Positions 46,627-57,056 of a DNA stretch of 64,000 nt are shown piece by piece. Source of the DNA: a virus. Below the pieces are notes generated by a model, which saw only the letters and a list, made by a program, of their open reading frames with translations, did no database searches and had not been told where the DNA came from. Both the position numbers and the translations under genes were made by a program. Where the stretch lies: UHGV virus genome UHGV-0248979. One strand, 5' to 3'. Within the stretch, counting starts at the first letter, position 1, and every line of letters begins with the position of its first letter.

Positions 46627-49343
46627 TGGACGATATTAGTAAATTAACGGGCGACCCCGCCGTAGCTGCAATTCTTCGTAAAACTACGGGCCCAGCACCC
46701 CAGCAACAACGCGGTACGCGTAGCGAGGGTGGTTCTACGCCAACACGTCAGGAACTTGCAGGAATTGTAAGTTCGCGTATTCGTACTATCAAAAATGCGG
46801 AACGTATCTTTGATGCGTTACCTGAACTCGAAACGATTGTTACCATTGCAACTTCGAGCTTGCTGTCGACAAAAGACTTAATCAACACCACGTTGATTTA
46901 CGACAACATCGCAGACATTCCAATTGACTTACGTAATGACTTACTGACACCAACGCGTGATTATCATGATAACGTACGTCAATTACCTAAGAAATTATAT
47001 CAGTGGATTTACGACGCGTTAAAAACAAAAGGCGCAAGTCCAGTGATGATAATCTCGGACAATGGATTTGACCAGCTGTTCGGTTTAGACACCAAAATCG
47101 CTACCGAATCCATGCGTCGTTCTCAAGCCGCGTATTTCGAAGAACAACTCGGTATTCTCGGCCCAATCAACTCGCAAGATGACGGGCAACGCGTGGGTGT
47201 GGAATCTATTCTGAGTCGTGTCCGTGGACCTGTTAAAGGACCACAATCACTGAAAATCAATTTCAGTAACCATGATAAGATGTTCTCAGATAAGTTCGAA
47301 ATGGACATCTCGATTACCGACAACCCACGTATCACGTTACTGCCCCATGCTTATCGTCGAATCGCGCATGAGAACGCTCGTACTGGTCTCTACGGCCAAT
47401 TAGAGCAAGCCGCATATGAAAAGCCTGCCACACCGACAGGTGCTGCGCCGTATGAAGTTAATCAACAGTTTAACGATCGTCAGCGCGATGCGGCTGAAAA
47501 AGGTTTCATTAACTTAGGTGATCTGAACGAAGCGTACAAAAGTACACCAAAAACTCAGCTTTATGGTAACATCCCGATTATTTCGATGGATGAAAACAAC
47601 CAGATCGACTATTTCGAATGTTTACTCCCTGCTGAGTCTACCGCCCCGTTGGTTATTGGTGACGACGTTCGTAACCCTATTGGGTTTCTGACCATTATTG
47701 ACGATATGGGTAACTTCATCAACTCACGTTCCTCACTTTACGGGGACGCGAACTTTATGAACTACCTTAATAACGACGGCATGACAGACAGTATTATCAA
47801 CCGCTCTAATTTAGGCTTGGGTAATACCTCTCGTATAACGCCTGAAATCGCCAACCGTTTAAGTGCACGTTGCAGCGAGATTGCTGAGAACGAATTTACC
47901 CGCGCTTTAAGCCAGGCGTTGGGTGGTGCCGAAATCAGCATGAAAATTACCGAAACCTTCGGTCGTATTCTACTGGCACGTCACCTCGCAAAACGTCACA
48001 CACAGGTTGTCTATATCCCGGTTAATAACTTATGCTACTTTGCAACCGACTTTAACGAAGATGGTATCGGGGTGTCTATTACCGAACGTTCCTTTATCAT
48101 CTCCACGGTCAGGATGGCGCTGTTGTTCGCAACAATGAACTCTTCAGTGTTGAACTCAGCGCGTCACATGCAATATGACATTGAGCTATCGCCGGACGAT
48201 ATGAACGGTCAGAAAACAGTTGACCAAGTTAAATCGGATATCCTCAACTCCTATAATCGTCGTTTACCGATGTGGGGCGATATCAACGATGCCTGGTCAA
48301 TGGGGGCTAATGCCGGGATTGCATTTAACGTGACGGGTAACGAATACTACGCCAGTCATAAAGTGTCAGTTTCGGACACAACGCCTGAGTATAAAGTGCC
48401 CGATCAGCAAATCGATGAAAACTTACTCCGCCGTACTTGCCACATCGCGTGTGTAGACCCGGATCTTGTTTTGACACCAGAAAACCTGGAATTTGCTTCG
48501 CAGATTTATTCCAAGTCACTGCTGGTGACTCAACAAATCGTGAAGAAACAAGAAATCCTGTCTACGCCGTTAACACGCTACGTGACAAACAGTTTGCAAG
48601 CCTCTCCTAAGTTACAAGCAGAATTGATTCGTATTATCGTTGAGTATATTCGCAATCAAAATCCTAACGTAACAGGTGAAGACTTGACCAAGCAAACGTC
48701 AGAGTATCTGGCGAAGTTCATCAATGGCATGAAAGTCACCTTACCACCACCAGACACATCAGCTTCTTCTTCACAAGCGGATCTGTTCGATAAACGCTAT
48801 GAGTTCATTGAGAAACTGGCGGATCTGGTTGTTACCGACGACATTTCAAATATGCTTCAGAATGAAGGTATCGAAATGCAACCTGATGATCTCAAGACGA
48901 TGATTAAATCGTTCTATACGCGTAACTGGCTACGCAATCAGGGCATCGAAACCGATCTGTTTGATTTGATCTACGACGAAGATAAACGTGGCGAAAACGT
49001 CAAGATGATTTCTGATGAAATTGCATCGGCATCTAAAACGTTGATTCAGTTAGCAAAGCGTGCAACAGGTAAAGTTGAAACCTTAGCAAAAGCGGCTGAT
49101 TTGAATCCTGAGTACGCCAATAACTTCGGCGGGGGTAGCGACTTTGGTGGCGGGTCTGAAGACGACGGCGGCTTAGGTGGCGATGAGGACTTAGGTGGTG
49201 ACGATCTGGGTGGTGATGAAGACATGGACATGTCTGATGAAGAAACGACGGAAACCGATACGACAACGGAAGAAGACGTTTCTGCTGAAGACACGGACGA
49301 GACGGATACCGGTACAGACGACAACACCGACGAAACTCTCTAA
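46626..49343 (+). CDS. large protein with acidic Gly/Asp/Glu/Thr-rich C-terminal tail (possible virion protein)
   Basis: 905 aa; C-terminal ~70 aa low-complexity acidic (GGGSDFGGGSEDDGG...TDETDTGTDDNTDETL). Confidence 0.7.
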   Translation: MDDISKLTGDPAVAAILRKTTGPAPQQQRGTRSEGGSTPTRQELAGIVSSRIRTIKNAERIFDALPELETIVTIATSSLLSTKDLINTTLIYDNIADIPIDLRNDLLTPTRDYHDNVRQLPKKLYQWIYDALKTKGASPVMIISDNGFDQLFGLDTKIATESMRRSQAAYFEEQLGILGPINSQDDGQRVGVESILSRVRGPVKGPQSLKINFSNHDKMFSDKFEMDISITDNPRITLLPHAYRRIAHENARTGLYGQLEQAAYEKPATPTGAAPYEVNQQFNDRQRDAAEKGFINLGDLNEAYKSTPKTQLYGNIPIISMDENNQIDYFECLLPAESTAPLVIGDDVRNPIGFLTIIDDMGNFINSRSSLYGDANFMNYLNNDGMTDSIINRSNLGLGNTSRITPEIANRLSARCSEIAENEFTRALSQALGGAEISMKITETFGRILLARHLAKRHTQVVYIPVNNLCYFATDFNEDGIGVSITERSFIISTVRMALLFATMNSSVLNSARHMQYDIELSPDDMNGQKTVDQVKSDILNSYNRRLPMWGDINDAWSMGANAGIAFNVTGNEYYASHKVSVSDTTPEYKVPDQQIDENLLRRTCHIACVDPDLVLTPENLEFASQIYSKSLLVTQQIVKKQEILSTPLTRYVTNSLQASPKLQAELIRIIVEYIRNQNPNVTGEDLTKQTSEYLAKFINGMKVTLPPPDTSASSSQADLFDKRYEFIEKLADLVVTDDISNMLQNEGIEMQPDDLKTMIKSFYTRNWLRNQGIETDLFDLIYDEDKRGENVKMISDEIASASKTLIQLAKRATGKVETLAKAADLNPEYANNFGGGSDFGGGSEDDGGLGGDEDLGGDDLGGDEDMDMSDEETTETDTTTEEDVSAEDTDETDTGTDDNTDETL

Positions 49344-49354
49344 ATAGCAAAAAA

Positions 49355-49400
49355 AAAATAATTCGAGCTTACTCCGACCCTTCTGGGGTCGGAGTAGCTT
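49355..49400. terminator. bidirectional rho-independent terminator between convergent genes
   Basis: Hairpin gcttactccgaccc-ttct-ggggtcggagtagc flanked by an A-run upstream and a T-run downstream. Confidence 0.75.
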
Positions 49401-49404
49401 TTCT

Positions 49405-49710
49405 TTATTCGGACCATGCTATTTCGTCTTTATTAATAACATGGTCTAACATAATTCCTATCGCTAAAGGATCGTTATCAAACGCCATCAGTTTCGCTAA
49501 CAATTCTTGCTGACCTGATTTCTTGACGGCTTTCAGTAACTCATTACGTGCATTATAGTAGATAAGCCAGTATCTACCGCGATTGACTTTGGTGTTTGAA
49601 TGCTCTAAAAAGTAACGATTAAACTCCATGGTTGCATTGGTTTCAGGTAATTCGAAGCGAAAACGTGGACTACGTTCGTAGTTTACATTAATAACAACAT
49701 ATTTAATCAT
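49405..49710 (-). CDS. hypothetical protein
   Basis: 101-aa ORF. Confidence 0.5.
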   Translation of the reverse strand: MIKYVVINVNYERSPRFRFELPETNATMEFNRYFLEHSNTKVNRGRYWLIYYNARNELLKAVKKSGQQELLAKLMAFDNDPLAIGIMLDHVINKDEIAWSE

Positions 49711-49798
49711 TTCCTCATTCCCTCACTATAGTGGGCGGCTATAATAAATTGGGGAATAAAAATAAAGGAGGAGAGCCGAAGCTCTCCTGTGGGGGCGA

Positions 49799-50047
49799 TT
49801 AAACAATAGCGGCAATGCGTTCTTCTAACAACAATTTCTCTGCGGCCATTACCTCCAGTTCCGCAGTGATCAGTTTCACTTGGCGTTCGTCAATGAAAAT
49901 TGGGCGTTTTTCAATGAGCTGTTCGCGTTCATGTATCCGAACTTGGAGTTGGTATAACTCCAGATTAAGTTGTTGTTTTAAACGTGCGGCGGTATCAATC
50001 TCCTTTAACTCAATTTTTGTTTTACTATAATCAACATAGGCTGCCAT
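49799..50047 (-). CDS. hypothetical coiled-coil protein
   Basis: 82 aa with heptad-like Leu/Glu/Gln-rich sequence. Confidence 0.5.
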   Translation of the reverse strand: MAAYVDYSKTKIELKEIDTAARLKQQLNLELYQLQVRIHEREQLIEKRPIFIDERQVKLITAELEVMAAEKLLLEERIAAIV

Positions 50048-50091
50048 GATACTGTCCTGTGGTGTCTATAGATTAGGGGGCACGAAGCCCC

Positions 50092-51732
50092 TTAGTAACG
50101 CACCGGCGCGGTAATTTCACCATTGCTAAGCAGCGTGTACGATGCCGACGGCGTAGCCAGCTTCACAATAGCTTCAGGTGCGCGTTGGTTAATTGCTTCA
50201 TAGATACCGACGATAGGTTCAAACGCATTACCGAATGAGGAAATCTCTACGATATTGCGTCCTTTCGCAGACGGATAATCCGCAGGCAGCTGAATGGTGT
50301 ACGTTACGCGGCAAATTTCAATAGCATGATCGTTAGATTTCAGACGGAAATGTAGCTTACGAACAGAACGTGCGACCAGCAAGCACAGTTCGCGGAAGAA
50401 ATCCGCAGCCGTGGTTACGCCATTTTCACCGATGGTGCGCGGGAACAGAGTGTCACGGAAATATTCGAGATCGCTTAAGTTGCAATCGAATTGCACAAAT
50501 TTCGTACCTGGGATACCTTTACCGTAGTTTGTCGCAACAGAAATAGCGTTGTGAACCAAAACAGTGAGTGTTGCGTTAAACTGCTGACAGAACTCCACAC
50601 AGCTTTGTTTCAACGTTTCTGGCTCCTCAGCCTGGCTATTGAAATATTGCAGTAGGCATTCAGACATTTTACGGATGTGGAACACCATTTCGATAGTATT
50701 CTTCAGCATCTCTTCCGGATCGTCAATATCGCGAATGTCTTCAATACCATCAATTGCCTGACGGGTGGCGGTATAAAATTCTTGAAGGTAAGTTTTGCTC
50801 GAGTCCGTACTTACCATCGGGAACAATTTATACTCGCTTTCGGTTTTCACCATCACGTCCGCTTCATCATAGACGCAATAATCGATGTCTTTATTATCGA
50901 TGATTTCGTCAACCTTTTCAGACCAATTGCGGTGGCTTGAATACGGTGAATTTTTGATGCGTTCGTTGAGTTCTTTTGGCGTAAGAATGTTTTTCTTAAT
51001 CTGTTCTCTAAGTTCGTGATCTAAATAGTCTTCCACAATTTCTACCCGGAAATGATCGATGATAGGTTTATTGTAACGTTCGACAAGTTCTTCGATGGTT
51101 TTCTCGTCGAGCTCACGCGGCTTGTTAGCTTCCACCATAGAGTGCGAAACAGTCGGTTGTGGCTGTGCCTGTTGCACTGGTTGTTGTGCAGGCTGACCGA
51201 AGTTACCTTGCGGTTGCGCTGTTTGCTTCTGTTCCGCTGTGCGCGGATCGTAAGTTGACATTGGGATAGAACCCCCTTCTACCGCTGTTGCTGGTCGTGG
51301 GCTACCGTGGCCACTGCCTGTAAAGCTAGACGCGGGCATCGCTAAGCTCGGCGAAGCGGGCATTGTTGGGCCAGCGAAAGAGCTCGAATGTCCCATAAGC
51401 TGTTTAGCTTGTACCGCATACTGATTCGCCGTACGGAATTCCTGTTCCAGCTGGCTGTGAATACGCGGGTCCAATGGCTGCATACCACGCCCCAGTAAGT
51501 CACTATACAGCGTCGATTTAAATGTTGCCAGAATCGCCGATGCAGTTTCGTTATCTGGACGACGGTTGTATACAAACCACGTGGCGACGGTAACAGCATT
51601 ATCCATGTATTTGTCGTCATTCATTCCGGCAGCACGTGCTTGATTACAAAGGTATGATAAAAGTTCGTCGCGGCCACTAGAGATTGTGCTATAGATGTGG
51701 TTACGAATTGCGTCTTTATTGACAGTTGCCAT
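50092..51732 (-). CDS. hypothetical protein with Gln/Pro/Ala-rich linker (possible structural or assembly protein)
   Basis: 546 aa; low-complexity segment in the middle. Confidence 0.65.
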   Translation of the reverse strand: MATVNKDAIRNHIYSTISSGRDELLSYLCNQARAAGMNDDKYMDNAVTVATWFVYNRRPDNETASAILATFKSTLYSDLLGRGMQPLDPRIHSQLEQEFRTANQYAVQAKQLMGHSSSFAGPTMPASPSLAMPASSFTGSGHGSPRPATAVEGGSIPMSTYDPRTAEQKQTAQPQGNFGQPAQQPVQQAQPQPTVSHSMVEANKPRELDEKTIEELVERYNKPIIDHFRVEIVEDYLDHELREQIKKNILTPKELNERIKNSPYSSHRNWSEKVDEIIDNKDIDYCVYDEADVMVKTESEYKLFPMVSTDSSKTYLQEFYTATRQAIDGIEDIRDIDDPEEMLKNTIEMVFHIRKMSECLLQYFNSQAEEPETLKQSCVEFCQQFNATLTVLVHNAISVATNYGKGIPGTKFVQFDCNLSDLEYFRDTLFPRTIGENGVTTAADFFRELCLLVARSVRKLHFRLKSNDHAIEICRVTYTIQLPADYPSAKGRNIVEISSFGNAFEPIVGIYEAINQRAPEAIVKLATPSASYTLLSNGEITAPVRY

Positions 51733-51771
51733 TATTATACTCCTGTTACGTCTTTTCTATAATTTAATTCG

Positions 51772-53547
51772 TTAACGGCCAATCTTCGCAATGTCTTCTT
51801 CGGTTGCTTGGATCAAGTCGTTGAGTTTTGGATTACGTACCATCACCAGTTGGGTATTCGTCTTCATATACGGATTGAGAATGCCCGATTTGAACGGTGA
51901 TGATTTCGGAATGTAATACACGTTACCACATTCCAGATGAGATGCAGAGGCATGTTTTGTCCGGTCGTTAAGGTTAACCGTCTTACCGCCCTTGCTGCTA
52001 CGTTTTGATTCTGTTTCTGTCTGGCTGATAGCATGGGTTGAAACCCCCAGCACCATAGACTCTGTAGAAGCGTTGAAATAACTTACACCGCCGTTACCGG
52101 TAATGTTCCGCAATACCAGGCTGGTTACAATGTCTTTATTCAACGCACTGCGTATCATGTTCGCACAAGACTCCGGTGTTCTATTCTCCGTTTGTCCCAA
52201 GTGAAAACGAATCGCAGCAATGGTAGGTGTAAAACCACGCTCACCTAATAACAGGTAATCTGTTACGGTCAGACGTTTTCCATACATTGACGGAATATCG
52301 CCTTGTTTCGTGAGACGCGTTCTCACCATCAACTTCGTCGCGTACCAGAAGAAATCAAACATATCCATATCGTCCGGGATATCGGGATCTGACATCATTA
52401 ACTCGCCACGGAATGTTGAGTTAACGTAGCGTTCACACTCCGTATAGTGTTTCGTCATGCTGTGTGCCAGTTCAATATCAGACGGTTTAAGTCCAACAAT
52501 ACTTCTCCCCAAAATCTCCCGCCAAATTGCGGAGGAATTCAGGTTTACAACATCGTCCTCCATTGCAAGTTCATTAATAGCGGTAAACAACGGCGGTAAA
52601 GGAACAACGTTGCCGTTTTTAATCGCTTGTTTTCCGCAATAATAGTGCGCTGCTTTAAAGAATGCAGAAATCGCTACGAGTAATAAGTGTTCGTTTTGAT
52701 CCCATCCCGCTTTATCGAGATTCGGTAAAGCCTCTGCAGGAACCGTCACTACGTACATAATCGCCCGATTATGCTTAGGTTCACCTGAACCGATTACTAC
52801 TTTTTTATCGAGATCGATTTCAGGTACTTTGAATGCAGGATATATCTCTACATCCACACCAGTATAACGTTTGATGGCTTCCTTAAATCCATAACGTCCG
52901 AATAACCAGTACATTAACGGTTTCTCGTCCGTATCAGGATGTGTGGCGTTTTTGGCTTTAAACAAATTGTTTGTTCCGGGCAAGAACAACTCTTCTTTCT
53001 TCCCATTCACTAAAATACGTACCGGGTGCTTACAGAATTTTAGTGACGCTTTACGTTTAAAGTCAAAATTAACAAACACCCCGCCATGCTCACGACAGAT
53101 ACCCGGCTGATGAATAACAGGCGCAACGTGGTACGTTGTCCCGTAATAGTTCATCAACCCACCACGACGAATGAATGGCAAGTTAATCGGTCTTGAGATC
53201 GGCCTTGAGTCGCCAGGAATACGGAACGACGACATGACCATATACGCATCGGTATTCGCTATAGACATCACCCCACGACGTTTATCCATTCTGCTGCTCT
53301 CTGAGCGAGACAACTTGTAGATAAAAGTTTCGAACGGCGACATTAAACGAACACCCAATACAGCCAAGCCTTCAGGAACACGCGGATTCTCTACAGGATG
53401 GTAATCTAGCTCACGTTTCAAGATACGATGCACACGATCGTGAATACCATCTTTGGCTTGTGTATATCCGACTCCTTCCGCAATCGCGCGGTTAAAGGGT
53501 ACTATTTTACCACTCTCTTTAAGCTTTTTGATTGCATCTTTAAACAC
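51772..53547 (-). CDS. hypothetical large protein (possible structural or assembly protein)
   Basis: 591-aa ORF co-oriented with the putative capsid gene. Confidence 0.65.
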   Translation of the reverse strand: MFKDAIKKLKESGKIVPFNRAIAEGVGYTQAKDGIHDRVHRILKRELDYHPVENPRVPEGLAVLGVRLMSPFETFIYKLSRSESSRMDKRRGVMSIANTDAYMVMSSFRIPGDSRPISRPINLPFIRRGGLMNYYGTTYHVAPVIHQPGICREHGGVFVNFDFKRKASLKFCKHPVRILVNGKKEELFLPGTNNLFKAKNATHPDTDEKPLMYWLFGRYGFKEAIKRYTGVDVEIYPAFKVPEIDLDKKVVIGSGEPKHNRAIMYVVTVPAEALPNLDKAGWDQNEHLLLVAISAFFKAAHYYCGKQAIKNGNVVPLPPLFTAINELAMEDDVVNLNSSAIWREILGRSIVGLKPSDIELAHSMTKHYTECERYVNSTFRGELMMSDPDIPDDMDMFDFFWYATKLMVRTRLTKQGDIPSMYGKRLTVTDYLLLGERGFTPTIAAIRFHLGQTENRTPESCANMIRSALNKDIVTSLVLRNITGNGGVSYFNASTESMVLGVSTHAISQTETESKRSSKGGKTVNLNDRTKHASASHLECGNVYYIPKSSPFKSGILNPYMKTNTQLVMVRNPKLNDLIQATEEDIAKIGR

Positions 53548-53557
53548 GCCATGCTCC

Positions 53558-54568
53558 TTACGTTAGCATCCCTATAAATGCGACACCCGCCGCCAAATAC
53601 GCAGGGACAGATTTAAATAGGTCTGAGCCGTCCTTACGAATGTAAGAACGCGTCTCGTAGAATTCTTTACGCGCCTCAGCCCGTGACTTCGCTTCCAATT
53701 CCTGTTGTTTGAATGCTAAAGTCAATCGCTCCTTTTCTAAAGCCATGCTCTGTAGTTGTTTCTTGTGTTCCAATTCTAGCTTGTCTTTTGCCGAATCCAA
53801 GCTTTCTAATTTTTCTTTGTACTGCTCCTCTAAACGTTGCTTAATCTCAAAGAGACCGGGAACTGCTTCTTGCCATCGAAACGCGTCCGCCGCTGCCTCA
53901 TCCTTAAATAATCTAAATGGTGAAGTAATGTCGTCAAATTCAAAATGAATCATACGACTCCCTTCCACCCTCGTACCACCTCCTATTATCATGTAAACGC
54001 CTGGTTCATAATAGCGAGACGTTATTGGCTCGATTTTCATTTTCGTGCCGTAGAAACGTAGCCACCGATAGTTGTCAGGCTCATCGTAGCGCTGCACAAC
54101 AACAACACCCAATGTAAATTCAGTGCGCTCACCTCCAGGGCGCGTGGTCGGGGGTTTACTATCTAAGCGTATTGGTGTTGTTGAGAAAGCAAAGCCTAAC
54201 TGCTTTAGTACAACCAAATCTCCTCGCAGCAACGCACCAACATCGTTTACTGCATACTCTAACGTCACCTCCCCTTTTTCTTTCAATTGGTCGCAAAAGC
54301 GAGAAAATTGTTTTCCCGGCAACAGTTCAGCAAACCCATTGAGATTCGCACATCTTCCGTACGATTGATACGTCACGTAAACGATAACCCCATGCTCATC
54401 AGCGGGGTTTTTCGAAGCATTTAAAATAAAGCTACCGCCACTGGTTTCAGTGACGTGAATAGGTACGCCAGTGTTATTTTCAAACGTAACGAGTTTCCTC
54501 AATCCAGACGTTTGATACAACGAGCGTTCAGAGATACTGGGCACCACATCGATATCAAGACGTTTCAT
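53558..54568 (-). CDS. hypothetical protein with C-terminal coiled coil and terminal hydrophobic segment
   Basis: 336 aa; C-terminal Lys/Glu/Leu-rich region then AYLAAGVAFIGMLT. Confidence 0.6.
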   Translation of the reverse strand: MKRLDIDVVPSISERSLYQTSGLRKLVTFENNTGVPIHVTETSGGSFILNASKNPADEHGVIVYVTYQSYGRCANLNGFAELLPGKQFSRFCDQLKEKGEVTLEYAVNDVGALLRGDLVVLKQLGFAFSTTPIRLDSKPPTTRPGGERTEFTLGVVVVQRYDEPDNYRWLRFYGTKMKIEPITSRYYEPGVYMIIGGGTRVEGSRMIHFEFDDITSPFRLFKDEAAADAFRWQEAVPGLFEIKQRLEEQYKEKLESLDSAKDKLELEHKKQLQSMALEKERLTLAFKQQELEAKSRAEARKEFYETRSYIRKDGSDLFKSVPAYLAAGVAFIGMLT

Positions 54569-54694
54569 GGGTGACCCAAGCTAAATTTTAATGATGTTAC
54601 ATATCTTTAGTTTAAACTGTATTTTTTCCATACATACTCCTTTAAAGCCAACTGACTGTCTCCCTTTAATAATATCTATCCAAAAAATAATAGA

Positions 54695-54745
54695 AAGAAA
54701 AAAATAAAAGGTCTAAGCCCCGAAGGGCTTAGACTCTTTTTAAGC
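54695..54745. terminator. strong bidirectional rho-independent terminator after the codon-optimised structural gene
   Basis: Hairpin gtctaagccc-cgaa-gggcttagac flanked by an A-run and a T-run. Confidence 0.75.
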
Positions 54746-54749
54746 AAGA

Positions 54750-57044
54750 TTACTTACCGGCAGCAGCTTTGCCTTCGCCAGCAACGTTACCTGCTACACC
54801 ACCTTCGGTTTGTTTCTGACCGTTCTGTTCAACAGAAACATTGTAAGCCAGTTTTTCTTCAACCAGTTTGGTGATGCCTTTAACCCAGATCAGACCAGTG
54901 ATCGGGCAGTGGCAGATGTGCGCGTTACGCGGCTGTACGGCCAGCTCTTTAGAGGTAGAGCCGTTACGCTGAATGTTGATGTTAGTAACCATGATCGGAG
55001 ACCAGAAGTGGTTACCCCAGTTCAGCACGTTGTAGGAACCATCGTCCGCAGTCGGAACTTTCAGGAACCATTGCAGACGACGAGTCCAGGAACCGTCAGC
55101 TGCGTTGTAGATACGCCAGCGGTCATCGTTGGTGGTGATCACTTCGTATTCGTAGCGATCGCCCAGCAGACGTTGGTCGCCCTGTACCAGCAGCAGCATG
55201 GATGCAGTCGGTTCGTCGGTTGCAATAACAACCTTCGGCAGAATGTCCGGATCAGCAGTGTACAGACGCAGCGCAGGAATGAAGCGAGATTCCTGGATAG
55301 CCTGAGTTACCTGATTACCGATACGCTGTACCAGACCCTGACGAGCGTTGATCAGTGCTTCTTTGGTATCCAGGGACTGTACAACTTTATCAACGTTGTA
55401 GTCAGACTCTTTGAACCACGGAGCAACCCAGTGACGGCCCAGACCACGAATGGCCGGTTTGTCCCACGGAGTGATCATGCTTGCAGCAGCGTTACGTACC
55501 GCTTCGGTGTAAGACAGTGTCTGAGTGATAGCCAACTGTTCGTTACGGATGTTAACTGCGGAAATCAGGTCGTCCAGACGCTCGGTATCGTCGTATTCAA
55601 CGCCAACCGGAGACTTGGTCAGAATCGGAGAACCGTATTGCAGCTTGTAGTTTTCTTGTTCCCAGATTGGGTCGAGCAGCAGACCCTGGGTACGACGGTT
55701 TTCGTTGGTACGAGTACCATCGAAACGCCAGCCGATCAGTTCAAGTTTCAGATTTTCCAGGACAGCTTTGCCGGTACCAGTCTTAATATCAACTTTGTTA
55801 CCGGTAGCGTCGTACAGACCTTCGATTTCCAGTTTGTGACCAGCGATGTCAACTTTACCACCGAACTGACCGGTAGTGAACAGAGACATGTTGATGGTGA
55901 TCACATAACGCAGGGTGTAGGAGTTCTGTTCCAGTGTTTTCAGAGCCGGAATAGCTTCGCCTTTCCAGTCGGTAGTTTTCGCGTTCAGAGAGAACGCAGT
56001 ACGACGGAATTGCAGTACCAGCTCACGGCCATCACCTTCAGCAGGGCGCTGGAAGGTTGCGAACTGCATGTCGCGAACGTGCAGTTTAATGAATTTACCT
56101 GCTTTTGCATCTTCAGCCGCTTTACGTACGGAAATCAGCAGGCTGCCCAGAGCACAGCCCGGCGCGATTTCATCAGTTTCGTCGTAACCTTCGATTACGA
56201 TACCCGGATGCGCGGACAGCTGGAACAGGTTCAGAGTGTCTTTAGCAAAGCTCAGGTAGTTAGTCGGGTACGGAGGTACACGACCCAGACGAACAGATTC
56301 GTTCGGTACCAGATCTTCGCTTACGAAGTATTCAGCGTTTTCACCGGTTTCCATTACGTAAGGAACGATGTTGATCGCTTCGTCCTGGAGAACAGTGTGG
56401 TCAGTCAGCGCTTCATGTAAGTTACGACGATGATCTTCAACAACGTCTTTGCTCAGCAGTGCGTTCATTACACCGCGAGAAACGGTGGTCACTTTGGTAC
56501 GTACGGTAATACCAACATCGTTAGTGTCAACAGTGATGGTCGGGAACAGAGTCTCAGCAAAACGAGACTGGGTTTCCAGAGCACGTACGTTCAGCGTCCA
56601 GGTCAGACCCAGGTTTTTGTCGTAGTCTTTGTTGGTGTAGTATTCCTGAGCGACAACCATACGCTCTTTGCCCCAGTCGCCGTTACCAGCTTGGGAGCCA
56701 GGAATCGCAACGTCCAGGTTAAAACGGCTATGGAATTCCGGTTTAGCGTATTCTTGAGCTACTTTTTCTTGCAGGTCCATACCGTGACCAGCAGCACCCA
56801 GAATCATTGCAGAAGCAACTTCCGCAGCGTGGGACATTTTCTTACCGCCAGCAAACGCGTTTGCGTAGTGCTGTGCAGCGTCGTCACGCAGGGTACCAAA
56901 AACTTTAGTGTTGCTACGTACAGATTCACCAGCAACGATGGTGTTCCACATTTCGCCAGCAGTGTTGTTACTAATGACGCTTTGTACCAGCGAGTTACCA
57001 GCTTGTACGAGTTTCTCCAGATTAGAGATTCGGGTATCTTTCAT
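54750..57044 (-). CDS. major virion structural protein, probable major capsid protein
   Basis: 764 aa; codon usage visibly distinct (GC-rich third positions, CTG/CGT/GGT/CAG) as in very highly expressed genes; flanked by strong terminators. Capsid versus sheath not resolved. Confidence 0.45.
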   Translation of the reverse strand: MKDTRISNLEKLVQAGNSLVQSVISNNTAGEMWNTIVAGESVRSNTKVFGTLRDDAAQHYANAFAGGKKMSHAAEVASAMILGAAGHGMDLQEKVAQEYAKPEFHSRFNLDVAIPGSQAGNGDWGKERMVVAQEYYTNKDYDKNLGLTWTLNVRALETQSRFAETLFPTITVDTNDVGITVRTKVTTVSRGVMNALLSKDVVEDHRRNLHEALTDHTVLQDEAINIVPYVMETGENAEYFVSEDLVPNESVRLGRVPPYPTNYLSFAKDTLNLFQLSAHPGIVIEGYDETDEIAPGCALGSLLISVRKAAEDAKAGKFIKLHVRDMQFATFQRPAEGDGRELVLQFRRTAFSLNAKTTDWKGEAIPALKTLEQNSYTLRYVITINMSLFTTGQFGGKVDIAGHKLEIEGLYDATGNKVDIKTGTGKAVLENLKLELIGWRFDGTRTNENRRTQGLLLDPIWEQENYKLQYGSPILTKSPVGVEYDDTERLDDLISAVNIRNEQLAITQTLSYTEAVRNAAASMITPWDKPAIRGLGRHWVAPWFKESDYNVDKVVQSLDTKEALINARQGLVQRIGNQVTQAIQESRFIPALRLYTADPDILPKVVIATDEPTASMLLLVQGDQRLLGDRYEYEVITTNDDRWRIYNAADGSWTRRLQWFLKVPTADDGSYNVLNWGNHFWSPIMVTNINIQRNGSTSKELAVQPRNAHICHCPITGLIWVKGITKLVEEKLAYNVSVEQNGQKQTEGGVAGNVAGEGKAAAGK

Positions 57045-57056
57045 TTGTTTAATACC

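Noticed and set aside
49716-49733. T7-promoter-like sequence (CTCACTATAGTG) upstream of the 49405..49710 gene
   Set aside because: Only the 10-bp palindromic core CACTATAGTG matches; the flanks do not fit the T7 consensus, no T7-like RNA polymerase gene is in the window, and a different promoter element dominates.
54810-56420. 536-aa plus-strand ORF (and 56430..57068, 212 aa) antisense to the putative capsid gene
   Set aside because: It lies entirely inside the strongly codon-biased minus-strand gene; the low-complexity translation and lack of RBS fit a codon-bias artefact.
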